Shown here: positions 48,853 through 58,155 of the stretch, piece after piece | Layout: every line of letters starts with the position of its first letter | Position numbering within the stretch: position 1 is the stretch's first letter | From: a bacterium | Lineage (GTDB): Bacteria; Patescibacteriota; Minisyncoccia; Phycocordibacterales; UBA6899 | Reading direction: 5' to 3' | Length of the DNA stretch: 64,000 nucleotides | Assembly: GCA_043756865.1 (NCBI GenBank) | Contig: JAYUQG010000024.1 | Coordinates: 91,259 to 155,258, forward strand | Translations under genes and position numbers: made by a program | Notes under the pieces: model-generated | What the model was told of the DNA's origin: nothing | What the model saw: only the letters and a program-made list of their open reading frames with translations | Databases searched by the model: none

Positions 48853-49120
48853 TATCGCAGTAGTAGTATAAATTAAGTACTGAGTATGATCGAAGAAACA
48901 GAGAATGAAGTAAGCACAGAGGCTCCACAAGAAAACAGTCGAGAACTGGGTGATTCACTTGTACCCGACGCTGGTCCCAGTCCTGTTGGCGAAGATACAA
49001 AACTGGGCAGCGGCATCCTTGTCATGGCACTTGTTGGAGTTGCGGTAATTGTGTATGTCTTGTTAATTCAGTCCAATTAATGCCATCCCCAACTAATCAT
49101 CTTATAAAAAACTCCTCACT

Positions 49121-49708
49121 ATGTTACATATATATCTCGTACGACACGGCGAGGACCAAGACAATATGCACGGGGTATTGAATGGCCGCAGGGATCAATC
49201 ACTGACGTTGCGCGGTGAAGCGCAGGCTATGAGCGCTGCAAAGCAACTACGCGCACTGGATATACCTTTTGCTGTTGTATACACATCACCACTTGTGCGT
49301 GCCGTCAAAACTGCGGAAATTATTACCAATGAGCTTCGCGCGAAAAGGGCGGAGATACTCTCGGACCTTATTGAGAGAGATTTTGGAGTGATGACTGGGG
49401 AATTGGTTACACGAATTCCCGAATTGTGTGGGCCGAACATTCTCGTGACAGAAAAGAATACATATTTTCTCTCTGCAAAAAAAGCAGAGGCATTTCCTCA
49501 GATGATGACACGGGCACGCCGATTGCTAAAACGCATTGCCTTACGTACGCCGAATGGAGCGGTTATTCTGGTTACTCATGGCGATATCGGGAAGATGATT
49601 TACGCGAGTTACTACGAGTTAGACTGGAAAGAAGTGCTCGAATCGTTACATTTCGACAATTGCGATGTTCTGCTCCTTTCGCCAGATGCAGACCTCGACG
49701 AACCTTAG
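49121..49708 (+). CDS. Histidine phosphatase family protein (phosphoglycerate-mutase-like)
   Basis: Catalytic RHG motif (YLVRHGE). C-terminal …ILVTHGD…. Confidence 0.85.
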   Translation: MLHIYLVRHGEDQDNMHGVLNGRRDQSLTLRGEAQAMSAAKQLRALDIPFAVVYTSPLVRAVKTAEIITNELRAKRAEILSDLIERDFGVMTGELVTRIPELCGPNILVTEKNTYFLSAKKAEAFPQMMTRARRLLKRIALRTPNGAVILVTHGDIGKMIYASYYELDWKEVLESLHFDNCDVLLLSPDADLDEP

Positions 49709-49866
49709 AGCCTATCCCAGCAGGAACTTTCCTGCTGCAACACGCGATCTTCAATAAAAACACGCAAAACCTTTGTCGTCTTGTCTCGACAAGCCTTCGC
49801 AGGTTTTGCATGTTTTTATAATAAAGCTCTCGCGTTTCGCTACGGAGGTCCTACTGGGATAGGCTC
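49707..49866. mobile_element. MITE-like palindromic element: 19-bp terminal inverted repeats (AGAGCCTATCCCAGCAGGA / TCCTACTGGGATAGGCTCT) enclosing nested hairpins
   Basis: 18/19 TIR match. Internal hairpins CAGCAGGA-actt-TCCTGCTG and GCAAAACCT…AGGTTTTGC (the latter followed by a T-run). TATAAT inside. Confidence 0.4.
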
Positions 49867-49950
49867 TTATGTGTTCATGCAGGAAGACCGCAATAACTAG
49901 TCCGCACATCCCGTTTCTGCTAATTGCTAAAGTGCGTATAATAGCCACAT

Positions 49951-50502
49951 ATGCAAAAAGTCACACTCAGCGCACTTGTATTCTTACTCGTGCTTTTCCC
50001 GTACTCCGCAAGCGCACACGGAGCAGGGGAGAGTATCCAAGTTGAGCACAACGGATACACGCTTTCGCTCGGTTCTGCTGCGGAATTTGTCACCGCTGCC
50101 GCCGCTGAGCGACTAAATTTGGAAATTGAGACAGTGGGCGATGAGGATTTTCAGGGATATACCGGCGTGTGGGTGCGCATCGTCGACCCAAGCGGTGAGT
50201 TTCTTTTTGCAGGAACAATCGACAAGGCACCTACGGGGCTGTTGACCGGTATGACTTTTTTCTTTCCTGTATCTGGAACATACGATATGACACTGCGATT
50301 TATGGACGATGAAAAAGTCATTGCAGAGGGACAATTCCCGCTTCCAGTCCGCGACAGCAAAGTCTCAGCTGGGGGCACAAAAGAGAATGGGGAAAGTGGT
50401 AAGATGCTGCCGTTGTATTTTTTTGTTTCTGGTTTGGGGGGTCTCATCATCGGACTACTGTTTGCCGTGCGGTTACGCAAGTCAGCACTTACACAAAAGT
50501 AA
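49951..50502 (+). CDS. Secreted protein with a C-terminal TM anchor, hypothetical
   Basis: Signal peptide ALVFLLVLFPYSASA. C-terminal LPLYFFVSGLGGLIIGLLFAV. Confidence 0.5.
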   Translation: MQKVTLSALVFLLVLFPYSASAHGAGESIQVEHNGYTLSLGSAAEFVTAAAAERLNLEIETVGDEDFQGYTGVWVRIVDPSGEFLFAGTIDKAPTGLLTGMTFFFPVSGTYDMTLRFMDDEKVIAEGQFPLPVRDSKVSAGGTKENGESGKMLPLYFFVSGLGGLIIGLLFAVRLRKSALTQK

Positions 50503-50510
50503 TTTCTATC

Positions 50511-51212
50511 ATGATTATTCAACGATACTTTTTCGCCCTCATGAGTGTGGTTTGTGTCAGCGTCCCGAGCGCCGTGTTTGCGCACGGTGGCGAGCATCCC
50601 ATGATGATGACTGAGCCACGGTACGCAGCCTACCTCTTGCCGGCGAGCGCCATCTTTGCGGGGTGCATTATTGGCGGGCTTTTGTTTGCGAAAACTCGTT
50701 CAAAAAAAGATGCCGGTATGCTCGGCCTTATCTCCGCACTTGTTGTGTTGATAGTCAGTCCGATGGTGTTCCCGCAATTGGGTAGTACGCCACATGACAT
50801 GAGCACTATGGCACCGATCGGAATGACTCCTGTGGGACAAATACTGTTGGGGTCTACTGCGACCGTGTATCGTTCACCTGGATGCGGTTGCTGTGGAGGA
50901 TATATAGAGGAGCTTAAGGCTGCGGGGGCTGCCGTCACCGAGACACAAGTGACGGATGCGGAGCTGGCTCTATTAAAACAGAAGCATAACGTTCCAAATG
51001 AGTTATATAGTTGCCACACAAGCATCATTGACGGATACGTCGTTGAGGGTCATGTGCCTTTTGAGGCAGTCGCCAAACTCTTGAAAGAGAAACCTACTAT
51101 ATCAGGAATCGCACTCCCGGGGATGCCGATTGGAACACCCGGGATGCCGGGCACGAAGACGAAACCCTTTGAAATTAAAACACTTTCAGGGGAAGAGTTC
51201 ATGAATCTTTAA
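50511..51212 (+). CDS. DUF411-family (predicted metal-binding) protein with an N-terminal membrane region
   Basis: SPGCGCCGGYIEEL…SCHTSIIDGYVVEGHVP…GIALPGMPIGTPGMPG are DUF411 hallmarks. HGGEH is a Met/His-rich N-terminal motif. Confidence 0.7.
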   Translation: MIIQRYFFALMSVVCVSVPSAVFAHGGEHPMMMTEPRYAAYLLPASAIFAGCIIGGLLFAKTRSKKDAGMLGLISALVVLIVSPMVFPQLGSTPHDMSTMAPIGMTPVGQILLGSTATVYRSPGCGCCGGYIEELKAAGAAVTETQVTDAELALLKQKHNVPNELYSCHTSIIDGYVVEGHVPFEAVAKLLKEKPTISGIALPGMPIGTPGMPGTKTKPFEIKTLSGEEFMNL

Positions 51213-51261
51213 TTAAATAGGTTCGTTCAGGGCACGGTATTCAAATGCTATAATAAGTTTA

Positions 51262-52467
51262 ATGAAAAAAATCCTCCTTATCCTTGTGGGAATAGTGCTC
51301 CTCGTTCTCCTTGGGGCCGCACTCTTTGTTTGGTACACCTACGGCAGTATTAATGTTCCTCGCAAGAGTGGCACTCCCGCCACCGCAGGAGCATTCACTG
51401 TCCCAGCAGGTTTTGCGTTCACGGAATTTTCGGGTGACGTGCCTCACGCACGCACGATGGCTATTGCACCGCGGGGAGTGCTTATTGTGGCGCAACCAGC
51501 AGAGGGGATTATTTCCGCACTTCCAGATGCGGACGGAAACCACAAGGCGGAAACACCGGTCATCGTTGTGGAAGGACTTAATCATCCGCATGGCCTCGCG
51601 TTTCGTTGTGTAAATATTGAAACACCTGACGTGTGCAACCTCTATGTAGCCGAACACGATGCACTGAGTGTGTTTACGTACGACGCAGCAACTATGCGTG
51701 CAACAAACAAACAGCATCTCCTCGACCTTCCTGTGTCGAAAGCAATAGGTGCACACAAAACACGTTCGCTCCTTTTTCTTCCGTCACCAAATGAGGATGA
51801 ACTCCTCATTGCGCTCGGCTCCACATGCAATGTGTGCGAAGAAGATGACGAACGTTTTGCGGCGGTGCTTAAATACAACATCAAATCAAAGAAAGTGGAG
51901 CAGTATGCGTCGGGACTCCGAAATGCAGTATATATGACACTCCACCCCGTCACTGGGGCAGTGTGGGCTACTGAGATGGGACGCGATGGGTTGGGTGACG
52001 ACTTGCCTCCAGACGAAGTAAATATTGTGCAGGAAGGTGCATGGTATGGATGGCCGTGGTTTTATGGAAAAAATACTGAGGACATGACGTTTCATCCGAA
52101 TATGCGCCCAAGCTTTGGGCAAATGGCAGCAGAAAGTCTTGTTGATATTCCTGCACACTCCGCACCCCTTGGCATCGGGTTTATACCAGAGGAAGGCTGG
52201 CCTGAGGAATATTGGTTTAATGCGCTTGTGGCTTACCATGGGTCGTGGAATAGAAGTACTCCAACGGGATACAAGGTTGTGCGCATGATGTTTGATCAAG
52301 CGGGAACATACAAGGGTGAAGTAGATTTTATTACCGGTTGGTTGGGTGCTGACGGAAAAACTATTGGCAGGCCCGCTGATGTGCTTGTGCTTTCAGGGGG
52401 CACAATGTATGTGTCCGACGACCAAGCAGGGAAGGTATACGTCCTCACGAACGCTCGAGGAGAGTAA
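51262..52467 (+). CDS. PQQ-dependent sugar dehydrogenase (soluble aldose/sorbosone dehydrogenase, beta-propeller)
   Basis: N-terminal TM/signal. …HPHGLAF…WATEMGRDGLGDDLPPDEVNIV…GAWYGWPWFYG… is typical of sGDH/YliI. Confidence 0.8.
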   Translation: MKKILLILVGIVLLVLLGAALFVWYTYGSINVPRKSGTPATAGAFTVPAGFAFTEFSGDVPHARTMAIAPRGVLIVAQPAEGIISALPDADGNHKAETPVIVVEGLNHPHGLAFRCVNIETPDVCNLYVAEHDALSVFTYDAATMRATNKQHLLDLPVSKAIGAHKTRSLLFLPSPNEDELLIALGSTCNVCEEDDERFAAVLKYNIKSKKVEQYASGLRNAVYMTLHPVTGAVWATEMGRDGLGDDLPPDEVNIVQEGAWYGWPWFYGKNTEDMTFHPNMRPSFGQMAAESLVDIPAHSAPLGIGFIPEEGWPEEYWFNALVAYHGSWNRSTPTGYKVVRMMFDQAGTYKGEVDFITGWLGADGKTIGRPADVLVLSGGTMYVSDDQAGKVYVLTNARGE

Positions 52468-52514
52468 TCGTATCCTGTATTGTCATCCGATACGAGACTG
52501 GTAACATAGAACGT

Positions 52515-53858
52515 ATGCACAAAGCCTTCACCTGCGTACTTGGCGTGTTCGTACTATTCTCAGGAACAGTGGTTTATGCACAAGCAGGAGACGGTACTTC
52601 GGGAGGACTCCCTCCTCGCGATTCTTCGGCAGCAACAACTTCAACGGGACAAACGTCACCGACGGGCGACCCCAAACCCGATACTACCCCTTCTCCCGCG
52701 CCCGCAAGCAGCACGCCCCCTTTAGCTGTAGCATCTTCCACCGCTTCCACCCCACCGAGTACTCCCACCGGAAATGCTGTGGCCACCACCTCACCAGCGA
52801 CATTCCCAGTAACGCAAGAGGCACTTCCTGACCCCCAAGTATTCCCCCCGTTCATAGCGCCAATCAGTCACCCTTCTCCTCTCGACCCTCTTGAAGCGAA
52901 CACGGGGGAAAACATCAGCATGTTGCTTTCAATTGTTCTCGCAGGAGCCACTTTTTCGTTGATCGGCGGAGTTCTCGTTGCTGCACGAGCAAAAAAGAAA
53001 ATACCCAAAAGCGACCCATGTGGTGCATTACAAAAAAAGCTCGAACTTGCGCAGTCCGCGCACGAAATGGTTACGGAGCGCATCAGCATGCAGGAGCGAA
53101 TTATTACGCAACTAGAGCGTTCGATAGTTGAAGTGAGAGACGCACTCAAAGGAAAGATACAGGCACAGGTGCGACATGTCGCAGTCAAGATGACGACAGA
53201 AATATTGGAAGCAGAAAAAAGTGGAATACTGGAAGAGTCACTCGCCCTCGCAGGAGAAGCCAAAGTGGCATATGAGCAACTCTCAAAGCGATATAAGCAG
53301 GCGAAAGAATTGATGGAAATACTACAGGCGCGAGCGCATGGACTTTCCAACGAGGTCCGCGAACAGCAAGCACTACTGCAGATTTGCCAAGATGGTGTTG
53401 CTGCACTCACCACGAATCAAGGTGGCGGAGAAAAAATCGCAACTATCGGACACGTGCCCGAAGAAAAAACCATTCTGGTTGACGCGATTGATGCATTTGT
53501 AACCGACGAGGGCATTTTCCGCGAAATGTATGACCTACTCGAGACATACCCACACAGGAAAATTCTACTGACGGGTGCAAATGACGAGCAATGTGCAAAG
53601 TTCAGTTTAGGACTGATGCCCTATGAAGTGTTTACGCAGAAGCACAATCCGGAAAAGACCGACCCCCAATATTATGAACTTATGCTCCGCAATTTTGGTT
53701 TATCGAAAGACGATGTCATTTATTTTGAGCACAACGAGCAGGCCGCGCAAAGCGCAATATCGGTGGGGATTCCGACGTATCATTACGACAGCGCAACCCG
53801 AGACCTGCAATCACTGAAGCAATTTCTTGACACACAGTTAACTTCTCCAATTTTATGA
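52515..53858 (+). CDS. Membrane-anchored protein: signal peptide, Pro/Ser/Thr-rich linker, TM, coiled coil, C-terminal HAD-like-looking domain
   Basis: Low-complexity PSPAPASSTPP… linker. TM ISMLLSIVLAGATFSLIGGVLV. Confidence 0.5.
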   Translation: MHKAFTCVLGVFVLFSGTVVYAQAGDGTSGGLPPRDSSAATTSTGQTSPTGDPKPDTTPSPAPASSTPPLAVASSTASTPPSTPTGNAVATTSPATFPVTQEALPDPQVFPPFIAPISHPSPLDPLEANTGENISMLLSIVLAGATFSLIGGVLVAARAKKKIPKSDPCGALQKKLELAQSAHEMVTERISMQERIITQLERSIVEVRDALKGKIQAQVRHVAVKMTTEILEAEKSGILEESLALAGEAKVAYEQLSKRYKQAKELMEILQARAHGLSNEVREQQALLQICQDGVAALTTNQGGGEKIATIGHVPEEKTILVDAIDAFVTDEGIFREMYDLLETYPHRKILLTGANDEQCAKFSLGLMPYEVFTQKHNPEKTDPQYYELMLRNFGLSKDDVIYFEHNEQAAQSAISVGIPTYHYDSATRDLQSLKQFLDTQLTSPIL

Positions 53859-54040
53859 AAGATGTAGTTGTTATTTTGGGTGTGGAATAAATGTGGACGG
53901 CTCATTGCCTGAGTTGCCTCGGCGATGCGTCGACAAAGGAATTAGCTTCTGTAATGCCCATGACACTGCTAATATGATTAACATCAGGTACCATAAGAAG
54001 GGCGTTCTCGCTTGGTGAGCAGAGTGTTACCATAAGACAT

Positions 54041-54334
54041 ATGACAAACAGCGCAACCAATAACGCACCCACCGTCTCCATTCAAAAGCTCTCTGACGCA
54101 GAGCTTCGCGAGCGGGGAGTTTTCAATTGGGAGATATGGGAGAAAGAGGTCTCCGAATTTGCATATCATTACGACTCGGAAGAGCAATGTTATTTTCTTG
54201 CTGGGGATGTGGTGGTGACCACTGAGGAGGCAACGTATGCATTCGGAAAAGGAGATTTTGTGGTGTTCCCCAAAGGACTTTCCTGCACTTGGCACATTCG
54301 CGAGGCGGTACGCAAGCACTATCGCTTTGTGTAG
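54041..54334 (+). CDS. Cupin-fold small protein (DUF861/cupin_3-like)
   Basis: …CYFLAGDVVVTTEEATYAFGKGDFVVFPKGLSCTWHI… is a cupin beta-barrel core pattern. Confidence 0.65.
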   Translation: MTNSATNNAPTVSIQKLSDAELRERGVFNWEIWEKEVSEFAYHYDSEEQCYFLAGDVVVTTEEATYAFGKGDFVVFPKGLSCTWHIREAVRKHYRFV

Positions 54335-54413
54335 CACACCCCATCTCCTAGGCCACTTTACGCTCGGGCGGTACAATACTATACATCATTACATAAGCGT
54401 ACTGTCCCAATCT

Positions 54414-55307
54414 GTGAATAAACAATATCTTATTTTTGGAGCAATCGGCGTAATCGTGCTCGCCACAGGGGGATTCCTGTTGATGCAAAAGGGAAACGCT
54501 ACGGGTGGAGTTGCTAATTCGGTGACGCAGGGCATGGCAAAGCTTTTTAATGCAGAGTGTCGATATAATGACGCCGAGCTGTGTAAGTTTATGAATGACT
54601 GGGAAATGCCCACAGAGTATGCGATGCGCTTGACCATGACTTCAAAGGGCGGGCCCAAAACAGAATTTGAAAGCATAATAAAGGGTGAGGATTCCCACAC
54701 TACTATGAAGGAATCGGGGAAGGTAATCCAAGAGTTGATTACGCTATCAGGAGTCGACTACATCAAAGACTTGAGTGATGGGAAGTGGTGGAAGGTTCCC
54801 AAGGAAAAGGCGACGGAGACACCAGCTGAAGACATGATAGAGGTGGACTATGACTTTACTGAGAAAATGCAAGAAGTGGAGGACAAGACAACATATGTAC
54901 GTATTGGAATGGACGCGTGCGGATCTGCCCAGTGTTACAAATATGAGGTGGTTGATCCCGCAAACAAAACATTAAAAGAATTTATTTGGTTCGATGACGA
55001 AGACTACCTCATGCGCAAGAAGCGCTCTGAGGAGATTGGCGGAGAAATGTCTGTGTCGGAAGTTGAGAACACATACGGCAACATGACTATTGTGACGCCT
55101 GCCCCAGTGAAGGAAGGCACCGCACTTGATGTGTATGGTGCATCTTCCGGCATGAGCAAGGCAGAGATTGAACAAATGAAGAAAGACCAAGTTGAGGCTG
55201 AAAAAGAAGCTGCCTCGTATATGAAAATGATGAACAATCCAAGCGCGAGTGGAGATATGCAAATGCAGTGGGGTACATCGCCTGACATGCCTCAGGATGC
55301 TCCTTAG
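54414..55307 (+). CDS. Secreted/membrane-anchored hypothetical protein (GTG start proposed)
   Basis: In-frame GTG at 54414 just before signal-anchor KQYLIFGAIGVIVLATGGFLL. The annotated ATG at 54237 would overlap the cupin gene. Confidence 0.45.
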   Translation: MNKQYLIFGAIGVIVLATGGFLLMQKGNATGGVANSVTQGMAKLFNAECRYNDAELCKFMNDWEMPTEYAMRLTMTSKGGPKTEFESIIKGEDSHTTMKESGKVIQELITLSGVDYIKDLSDGKWWKVPKEKATETPAEDMIEVDYDFTEKMQEVEDKTTYVRIGMDACGSAQCYKYEVVDPANKTLKEFIWFDDEDYLMRKKRSEEIGGEMSVSEVENTYGNMTIVTPAPVKEGTALDVYGASSGMSKAEIEQMKKDQVEAEKEAASYMKMMNNPSASGDMQMQWGTSPDMPQDAP

Positions 55308-55443
55308 CAGGAGATGGCCTACTGGGGGAGTGGGAGCACGAGGTTATGTAAATGCGAAATACGAAAAAGTCGCAAGTGTTCCGTGCTCCTTGCCCGATTC
55401 CTTGCCGGTCTATATGCTTTGAGTAGAAGTTAACGGAGTATCC

Positions 55444-56041
55444 ATGAACATTATTCTTTCTAGTCGGAACAAAAGCAAAATTCTCCAAATTAAAGCCGCC
55501 CTGGACGGCCTCGGGGTAGATGTCCTCTCACTTGAAGACGCGGGCATCGTAGGCGAGGCTGTCGAGGATGGGACAACACTTCATGAGAATGCACTCAAAA
55601 AGGCGCTTTTCGCTCACCAACAAACAGGGGGGGTGGGTAGTTGCCGAGGACACTGGTTTCTTCATTGACGCCTTGGGTGGCAGGCCCGGTATTTATGCCG
55701 CACGGTGGGCTGGTGATGGGCTTACAACCGAAGAAATTATGCACTACACACTTCGTGAACTGAAAGACATTCCTGAAGAAGCCCGCACGGCAACATTCAC
55801 CACCGTCGCGGTACTCGTATCTCCCGAAGGAGTTGTTTCTGTCTTTACAGGTTCGGTTCTCGGAAGTCTGCTCACAAGTCCACGGACGGAATGTCAACCG
55901 AATATGCCGTACAGCGCACTATTTATGCCGAGTGGCACGAACAAAGTTTGGGCGGAAATGGAAGTCGCAGAAGAGAACGCCATTAGTCACCGTGGTAAAG
56001 CGTTTCGTCAGGTACGCGACTACCTGAGTGAGATACTCTAG
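55444..56041 (+). pseudogene. rdgB: Non-canonical purine NTP pyrophosphatase (HAM1/RdgB family) interrupted by a +1 frameshift in a G7 homopolymer (55627..55633)
   Basis: Frame 1 MNIILSSRNKSKILQ…AHQQTGG joins frame 2 WVVAEDTGFFIDALGGRPGIYAARWAG…SHRGKAFRQ. Removing one G restores a ~198-aa HAM1 protein. Confidence 0.8.
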
Positions 56042-56175
56042 CGCTCAAAAGACATGCGAATGCATGTCTGTTTATTTACAGACGCGATAGCCGTGGAGTA
56101 CAATCAGCACACGAGTATCCACCTCAAATAATCACAGCAAGGTCATTTCCTTTTTCTTCACGTACTACCCGAATT

Positions 56176-56652
56176 ATGAAAACTACGAGCACAACACAGC
56201 GTATTACCGTATTTTTCCTGCGCATATGCTTGGGGTGGTTTATGTTTTTTGCTGGTTTTGAGAAGGTGCTTGACCCCGCATGGACTGCCAAGGGCTTTCT
56301 TCTCGGTGCTAAAACTTTTCCTGACTTTTATGTGTGGTTCGCACTCCCCGCAAATACGTGGTGGGTAGATCCCCTAAATGCATGGGGGATACTTTTGGTT
56401 GGAGTTGCACTCCTCTTGGGACTAGGGGTGCGGCTTGCCTCATTGTGTGGCGCAGCACTCATGACCCTCTACTACTTCCCGCAAATTACGTTTCCGTATG
56501 TCCCGCATGGCTATATCGTCGACGACCATATTATCTACGCAGCGGCATTCATTTTTCTTGCGTTACTTCCACATAAAGAACATTTTGGTATCGGCAACGT
56601 CCTGCGCCGCACCCGCCTCGGACGTGTTCCCGTGGTTCGCTCACTCCTCTGA
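56176..56652 (+). CDS. DoxX-family membrane protein
   Basis: Four TM helices with the DoxX-like pattern (…RICLGWFMFFAGFEKV…). Confidence 0.65.
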   Translation: MKTTSTTQRITVFFLRICLGWFMFFAGFEKVLDPAWTAKGFLLGAKTFPDFYVWFALPANTWWVDPLNAWGILLVGVALLLGLGVRLASLCGAALMTLYYFPQITFPYVPHGYIVDDHIIYAAAFIFLALLPHKEHFGIGNVLRRTRLGRVPVVRSLL

Positions 56653-56847
56653 TTGAGCCGCTGTGTGTATTTCACGCTCTTTTGTGGATTTCCGCGACGC
56701 AAAAACCTCACTTTGAGGTCGCGCGCACCTCGATAATAGTCAAGAAAGACAAGCCCGTTTTAAATATGTCCCAAAAGGAGGGGGGTGCTTGACCTGAGGC
56801 CACAGGACTCTGTTTAAACCTATTTTCCTAGCCAGAGCCCTGTAGGG

Positions 56848-56856
56848 TGGTATAAT
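56848..56856 (+). promoter_or_regulatory. Extended -10 element TGgTATAAT upstream of the SWIB-domain gene
   Basis: TGnTATAAT about 29 nt before the ATG at 56885. No good -35 seen. Confidence 0.3.
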
Positions 56857-56884
56857 GGATGGATTAATTAAACATCAGTAAAAC

Positions 56885-57175
56885 ATGCCAACAGCAAAAC
56901 CAGCAGCAAAAGCAAAACCAGCTGCAAAAGCAAATTCCGCGTTTATGAAACCGCTTGCAGTGAGCGAAGAACTCGCCGCAGTGGTCGGAACGGGCCCGCT
57001 GCCTCGCTCAGAAGTCGTCAAGAAACTCTGGGTGTATATCAAGAAGCATGATCTTCAGGATCCAAAAAACAAGCGCAATATCATCGCTGACGTCAATCTC
57101 CTCCCTGTATTTGGTGGAAAGGATGTGGTCAACATGTTTGAAATGACGAAACTCGTTTCAAAACATCTCTCATAA
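56885..57175 (+). CDS. SWIB/MDM2-domain protein with a Lys/Ala-rich N-terminal tail
   Basis: …LSEELAAVVG…RSEVVKKLWVYIKKHDLQDPKNKRNIIAD…LLPVFGG…VNMFEMTKLVSKHL is the SWIB core. Confidence 0.8.
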   Translation: MPTAKPAAKAKPAAKANSAFMKPLAVSEELAAVVGTGPLPRSEVVKKLWVYIKKHDLQDPKNKRNIIADVNLLPVFGGKDVVNMFEMTKLVSKHLS

Positions 57176-57234
57176 TTGCCATCTTACGGTAATGCACAAA
57201 TTGCTCCAATTGGAGCGATTTTTGTTACGCCTCG

Positions 57235-57777
57235 TTGGCGCAGATGTTGTGTTACCATGAATTTATGAAGGAAAAGGTGTTTATTGTTGACTATGCATCC
57301 GGATTTCTTCCTGAGATTTGTGCCCCAGACCACATCTCGGTTGCGCGCACTCAAGCTGCACTTCGTGCCTTCCACGCATACCCCAATGCGAAGATTGTGC
57401 TTGGGGCGGGCCTTCGTGAGCGCACTATGGGTTGCGGTCCGCTTGCAGAAATGATGCATACCGCTCTCACTCTGCAGGGGATACCCGAGGATGCTATTTT
57501 AGAGAACGCACTTGGGCACGATACACTTTCGGAAACCGAAGCTGCATATGCGGTCATCGTGAAACAGGGAGGGGGAACAATAGTCTGTGCAACCTCGCGC
57601 TATCACATGCGCCGCGTGTGGTGTTTGTGGTTTTTTCGTTTCGGAATTACTCCAAAAATGTTCCCCGCGGAGATTCGTCCCAGTAGTCAAGAGCAATTTC
57701 GCGAGTATTGCAAGCTCCCTGTTGATTGTCTACGTGCATTAATCCATCGATTCACCAATGAAACCTCAAGCCAATAA
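57235..57777 (+). CDS. DUF218 (YdcF/ElyC-like) domain protein
   Basis: …IVLGAGL…LQGIPEDAILEN…DTLSE…VCATSRYHMRR… pattern. The start could be at 57265. Confidence 0.55.
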   Translation: MAQMLCYHEFMKEKVFIVDYASGFLPEICAPDHISVARTQAALRAFHAYPNAKIVLGAGLRERTMGCGPLAEMMHTALTLQGIPEDAILENALGHDTLSETEAAYAVIVKQGGGTIVCATSRYHMRRVWCLWFFRFGITPKMFPAEIRPSSQEQFREYCKLPVDCLRALIHRFTNETSSQ

Positions 57778-58093
57778 GATTACCTTTTCGGAGCGTGTTG
57801 TGCGGCTTGCGCGCGCGATACCTGCCGGCCGCGTGACTACGTACGGACGTATTTCTCGGGCTGCTGGTGGCGGAGGCATGGCGGCACAAAGCATTACAAC
57901 TATTCTTAGCAAAGCGTGGGATGTGGGTATTAAAGATATTCCCTTTCATCGTATTGTGTATGCGAATGGGAGAATTTGGGTTGACGAAGCGCATCGCGCG
58001 AAACGCATGCAGCTCTACAAAAAAGAAGGAATTCTTATCGACAATCGTGACCGTGTTGTGCATTTTAACGACATTCTTCTTGAGTATAAGTAG
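57758..58093 (+). CDS. MGMT-fold DNA-binding protein lacking the active-site Cys (alkyltransferase-like, ATL)
   Basis: …IPAGRVTTYGRISRAAGGGGMAAQSITTIL…IPFHRIV… The Ogt PCHRV motif reads PFHRI here. Confidence 0.65.
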   Translation: MKPQANKITFSERVVRLARAIPAGRVTTYGRISRAAGGGGMAAQSITTILSKAWDVGIKDIPFHRIVYANGRIWVDEAHRAKRMQLYKKEGILIDNRDRVVHFNDILLEYK

Positions 58094-58155
58094 CATGTTG
58101 CGAAACTGAGGTATCTGCCTATACTCATGAGAGATGTCAGTCACTGGAGTTTAAA

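Noticed and set aside
53984-54376. Minus-strand ORF overlapping the cupin gene
   Set aside because: The cupin reading has a clear fold signature. The antisense ORF is likely spurious.
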